Of a stretch of DNA of 64,000 bases, positions 59,318 to 64,000 are shown one piece after another. Source of the DNA: Heterodontus francisci (Eukaryota); assembly GCF_036365525.1 (NCBI RefSeq), contig NC_090421.1, positions 7,823,133 to 7,887,132 on the forward strand, read 5' to 3'. The translations under genes were made by a program, and so were the position numbers. Numbering within the stretch: position 1 is the stretch's first letter; each line of letters starts with the position of its first letter. Below the pieces are notes generated by a model. It ran no database searches, was not told the origin of the DNA, and saw nothing but the letters and a program-made list of their open reading frames with translations.

Positions 59318-61080
59318 GACAAATATTAGAAAAGTCACAGATTATAAACAAGTGAGGTGGGGGTGGGGCAAGAGATAACAAAGGAGAAGGTGCAGATTGG
59401 ACCAGGCCACATAGCTGACCAAAAGGTCACGGAGAACAGGCAAACAATATGTTAATGGTGTGTTGAAAGACAAAGCATTAGTACAGATTAGGTGTGAATA
59501 CACTGAATATTGAACAGCAGCAAGTGCAAACCTGAAGAAAAACAACCTGAAAAAAAGTGGGTAAGCAAACTGAACAAACTAAGATGAAATGAAATAAATG
59601 CAAAAAAAGATTGTAAAAAATGTAAAAAGGAAGAAAAAATAACTAAAAATGAAAGTAAAGTGGGGGGCTGTCATGCTCTGAAATTATTGAACTCAATGTT
59701 CAGTCCGGCAGGCTGTAGTGTGCCTAATCGGTAGATGAGATGCTGTTCCTCGAGCTTGCGTTGATGTTCACTGGAACACTGCAGCAATCCCAGGACAGAG
59801 ATGTGAGCATGAGAGCAGGGGGGAGTGTTGAAATGGCAAGCAACCGGAAGCTCAGGGTCCTGCTTGCGGACTGAGCGGAGATGTTCCGCAAAGCGGTCAC
59901 CCAGTCTGCGCTTGGTCTCCCCAATGTAGAGGAGACCACACTGTGAGCAGCGAATACAGTATACTACATTGAAAGAAGTACAAGTAAATCGCTGCTTCAC
60001 CTGAAAGGAGTGTTTGGGGCCTGGGATAGTGAGGAGAGAGGAGGTAAATGGGCAGGTATTACACCTCCTGCGATTGCAGGGGAAGGTGCCCTGGGATGGG
60101 GACGAGGTGGTGGGGGTAATGGAGGAGTGGACCAGGGTGTCGCGGAGGGAACGATCCCTTCGGAATGCTGACAGGGGAAGGGAGGGGAAGATGCGACTGG
60201 TAGTGGCATCACGCTGGAGGTGGCGGAGGATGATCCTTTGGATATGGAGGCTGGTGGGATGAAAAGTGAGGACAAGGGGAACCCTGTCACGGTTCTGGGA
60301 GGGAGAGGAAGGGGTGAGGGTAGAGGTGCGGGGAATGGGTCAGACACGGTTGAGGGCCCTGTCAACCACAGTGGGGGGAAATCCTCGGTTGAGGAAAAAG
60401 GAGGTCATATCAGAAGCACCGTCATGGAAGGTAGCATCATCAGAGCAGATGCGTCGGAGACGGTGAAACTGGGAGAATGGAATGGAGTCCTTACAGGAGG
60501 TAGGGTGTGAAGAAGTGTAGTCGAGGTAGCTGTGGGAGTCAGTGGGCTTATAATGGATATTGGTAGACTCTCCCCCCTGCTCTCATGCTCACATCTCTGT
60601 CCTGGGATTGCTGCAGTGTTCCAGTGAACATCAACGCAAGCTCGAGGAACAGCATCTCATCTACCGATTAGGCACATTACAGCCTGCCGGACTGAACATT
60701 GAGTTCAATAATTTCAGAGCATGACAGCCCCCCATTTTACTTTCATTTTTAGTTATTTTTTCTTCCTTTTTTACATTTTTTACAATCTTTTTTTGCATTT
60801 ATTTCATTTCATCTTAGTTTGTTCAGTTTGCTTACCCACTGTTTTTTTCAGGTTGTTTTTCTTCAGGTTTGCACTTGCTGCTGTTCAATATTCAGTGTAT
60901 TCACACCTAATCTGGACTAATGCTTTGTCTTTCAACACACCATTAACATATTGTTTGCCTTTTCTCCGTGACCTTTTGGTCAGCTATGTGGCCTGTTCCA
61001 ATCTGCACCTTCTCCTTTGTTATCTCTTGCCCAACCCCCACCTCACTTGTTTATAATCTGTGACTTTTCTAATATTTGTC

Positions 61081-61117
61081 AGTTCCGAAGAAGGGTCACT
61101 GACCCGAAACGTTAACT
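61081..61117 (+). ncRNA. Minimal hammerhead ribozyme motif (unit 2, right arm)
   Basis: Identical to 47534-47570. Confidence 0.65.
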
Positions 61118-61580
61118 CTGCTTCTCTTTCCACAGATGCTGCCAGACCTGCTGAGTGATTCCAGCATTTCTTGTTTTTGTATCTGCTGTCTAATACTGCC
61201 AGCTGCTCTCTCCATTTCCATTCATCATGTCCATAGGAGTTGCTCGCCTATCAAACAGCTCCTTCACAGGGCCCTTTCACGGCCCTTGGAGCCTCCCGGT
61301 CCTACACACAACTGATGATCTCGGGGGCTGCTCCCAACAGCCACACCTTGTCACTGCCGCCAAGTCGCACTCAAGGCAAGATGCAGCTGCTGCTGCTCCG
61401 CAAAGGGACAGGTTGTAACCCGTGGCAGAGGGCGGCGGCTGGCTCCTCCTCTCTATTGCTGTTATCTGACACCCTGACCAAGCTTCCATCCACAGAGCCC
61501 ATAAAAGCAGCTGAAGCCGCCCTCAGCTGCACCAGCCGTTCAGTTTCGGACTCTCCGCTCTCTCAAGCAACGTCAACACG

Positions 61581-62018
61581 ATGTCCAGTCAGCAGGTTCG
61601 CTATTCCAGCAGCAGCAGCAGCGGAGGCGGCGGCGGCGGCCGCATGACAATCAGACAACATTTCGGCGCACCGAGCACCGGCAAAAGCTATGCCATGTCC
61701 AGCCGCTTCAGCTCAGGTGGCTTCAGCTCAGGTGGCTTCAGCTCAGGTGGCTTCAGCTCAAGTGGTGGACTGCAGCGCGCACGAAGTATGATCAGCACTC
61801 CACAACTGAGAATGTCAATGTCGACCAAACGAGGCACTTTCCAGAATCGGAGCGGTTTCAGCTCTGGCTCTTTGTCTCAGGGGCTGTTGCAGGCAACTAG
61901 TAATATTGACCTGAACGCCCCTCTCCCCCAAAATGACACCAGCCTGCAAAATGTCCGGGTGCAGGAGAGCAAACAGATCATGCATCTCAACGACAAGTTT
62001 GCCTGTTTCATTGACCAG
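61581..62018 (+). CDS. Gene B copy 3 exon 1
   Basis: 438 bp, in frame. Confidence 0.9.
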
Positions 62019-63841
62019 GTAATTTGAACGATTGTCCAGTCGGTCGTCTTTGTAACCCAGAGTTTTGTGCCTCTGCTCAATCACTTGCTGTCACTCTGCA
62101 AATTGCTCTTCTCGCTTTGCAACCGATTGCGTTCAAATGTAACCGTGCATTCATTTTACACCGTCAGGTTCGTGCCCTGGAAGAGATTAATAAGAAGCTG
62201 GAGATCAAACTGAATCTTCTGAAAGAACAAGGAACTTACAAATCAAACATCGACTCTATGTTCCAGACTTACATTGATAACCTCAAAAGGCAACTGGATA
62301 CTCTTGGGCAGGAGAAGCTGAAGTTCGAGGCTGACCTTGTCCAGATGCAGGGTCTGGTTGAGGACTTTAAGTGCAAGTAAGTGTGTTGCTGCTGAATTTG
62401 CGAGGGCATTTCTTCTGATCCCGTATCGTGTCCCAACTGAACAAAGTCCCAGGTTCAGATTAAGATCATTTTGACCAATTGATCAGGACCCGGCAAAATA
62501 TCACCGGGCGAAATAATCCGTAGGATGGTCATGTGGACAAAAGTGAAATAGCGAAGATAAATGGCTGTACTCGTCACCGTGACAGTAGCCTGTGCTGAGT
62601 CAGCTGGTCTCTGCTGGGATACAGCTGTGGTGCCACATTTGGCCTCAGTACCTGTGGAGAAGGAAACATCAACCAGTGCCCCTGTAGGTGTGGCAATTGA
62701 GTCTGGGCGGGAGCCCGAGTGTGTGTTCGTGCTTTGTTAAACTGGGGCTTTAGTGTGGGTGATCCATTCTGTTGAAGCGCTAACAGGACTGATGCTTCTC
62801 AGAGCAGAGTGTGAACACTTCGGGGATGGTGTATATCTTGTGGAGGGAAACATATGAAGGATAGTGCACAATAGAATATAGATAAATAAGGAGTGTGAGG
62901 AAAGCGTGGCTTCGCGATGGGAACCTGCATTTACTCAGTGCAAGGGGCTCCGAGCAATAAGTTAGGGCTGGGCAACCCAGAATTGCTTCCTTCACCATGG
63001 AAACGGACAGAAAGGTTTATTAACAGCAAGAGATTAACAGCAAAATAATCTGTTTCATTCCAGATACGAAGATGAAATTAACAAGCGCACAGAAATGGAA
63101 AATGAGTTTGTCTTGGTCAAGAAGGTGAGTATAACCATATATTTCTGTCTGCCGGGCCAGAGCAAGCGGATCTCTTGGCAGAGTTTCTCAAAGCACTTTG
63201 TCCCTCTCCTCTTTAGGATGTCGATGACTCCTACATGAGCAAAGTAGAGCTGGAAGCTAAACTGGAAAGCCTCACCGATGAAATCGAATTCCTCAAGTCA
63301 ATCTTTGAAGAGGTAAAAATGTGACAGGGTCCACCAGTTGGCCTTCTGCTGTTTAATCCAATCAAATGTAATCCAATCCAGTTTGAATGCTTCCTATCTC
63401 CTTTCAATCTGTTTTTTTTTCTCCCCTTCGCCGTTCTTTAGGAAATCCGTGAGCTGCAGGCACAGATTCAGAACACATCTGTCTGCGTGCAACTGGAGAG
63501 CAGACCCAACCTGAACGTAGATGACCTGATTGCTCAAGCCAGACATCAGTACCAATTACTCGCAGACGCCAACCGTGCAGACGCTGAAGCATGGAAACAG
63601 ACCAAGGTCAGCTCTTTAAGATCCCGATCACCATTTACCACTTGTATTGGTTGGTCTGTAGCCGACGCTGAAGTGTGAAATCTTTTACTAACCAGTTGCC
63701 AATGTTTCATTGCAGATGCAGGAACTGTCCATGTCGTCTGGACAATGCGGTGATGACCTCCGTGTGGTGAAAAGCCAGATTGTTGAAATGACTAAGTTGA
63801 TCAGTAGACTGAATGGTGATATCGACGGTCTGAAACAGCGG
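61581..63841 (+). CDS. Type II keratin gene B copy 3, 5' part: join(61581..62018,62168..62376,63064..63124,63217..63312,63442..63606,63716..63841); continues past the window end
   Basis: Matches copy 2 apart from one extra 15-bp head repeat and a synonymous ATC>ATT at 62188. Confidence 0.92.
62168..62376 (+). CDS. Gene B copy 3 exon 2
   Basis: 209 bp. Confidence 0.92.
63064..63124 (+). CDS. Gene B copy 3 exon 3
   Basis: 61 bp. Confidence 0.92.
63217..63312 (+). CDS. Gene B copy 3 exon 4
   Basis: 96 bp. Confidence 0.92.
63442..63606 (+). CDS. Gene B copy 3 exon 5
   Basis: 165 bp. Confidence 0.92.
63716..63841 (+). CDS. Gene B copy 3 exon 6
   Basis: 126 bp. Confidence 0.91.
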
Positions 63842-64000
63842 GTAGGCAAAGAACTGAAACCAAACAGGATATTGGGACCACCTGAATTAGTGTTGTCAAG
63901 GACCTGTCTTGTCTTTCTGGGTCTCTCTTTCTCATTTCCCTCCCCCATCCAAAATAATGGGAAGAACCAGTTGAAGGATCAGCTCAATCTGGCCTATTTC

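Larger units (their letters stand above)
59186..61179 (-). mobile_element. Penelope-like element, unit 2 copy
   Basis: Same structure and TSD (59172 and 61180); GIY-YIG ORF at 59671-60000. Confidence 0.9.
47795..61341 (+). repeat. Tandem segmental unit 2 (13547 bp)
   Basis: The ORF track repeats at constant offsets; only scattered SNPs seen. Confidence 0.93.
61342..64000 (+). repeat. Tandem segmental unit 3 (truncated by the window end)
   Basis: Matches the start of unit 2. Confidence 0.93.

Noticed and set aside
57-64000. Most short ORFs in the six-frame track
   Set aside because: They are antisense or alternate frames of keratin exons and repeat fragments; their recurrence reflects the segmental duplications, not conservation.
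1-64000. CRISPR arrays, rRNA or true tRNA genes
   Set aside because: None seen; tRNA-like segments are degenerate SINE heads.

Overview
Vertebrate genomic DNA, most likely a cartilaginous fish (inferred from the CR1/L2/RTE/Penelope/Deu-SINE repeat content). The window is part of a type II keratin cluster on the + strand. It holds the last five exons of a K8-like keratin (gene A, 3712-12558) and three near-identical tandem copies of a second, divergent 9-exon type II keratin (gene B: 31429-37199, 48034-53795, and 61581 to beyond the window end). The basic tandem unit is about 13.55 kb. Its left breakpoint lies only 239 bp upstream of the ATG, so only copy 1 keeps the native upstream region, which includes a consensus p53/p63 element. 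Copies 2 and 3 instead sit just downstream of a Penelope-like retroelement with ~610-bp inverted arms, a 14-bp TSD and minimal hammerhead-ribozyme motifs on both strands. Two further rearrangements are layered on this: an older 4.3-kb inverted duplication upstream of copy 1 and a 3046-bp tandem duplication in the first spacer. The rest is mostly nested LINE, SINE and MITE fragments, including a young CR1 with a 639-aa RT ORF. All coordinates and comparisons were read by eye; repeat boundaries marked ~ are approximate.
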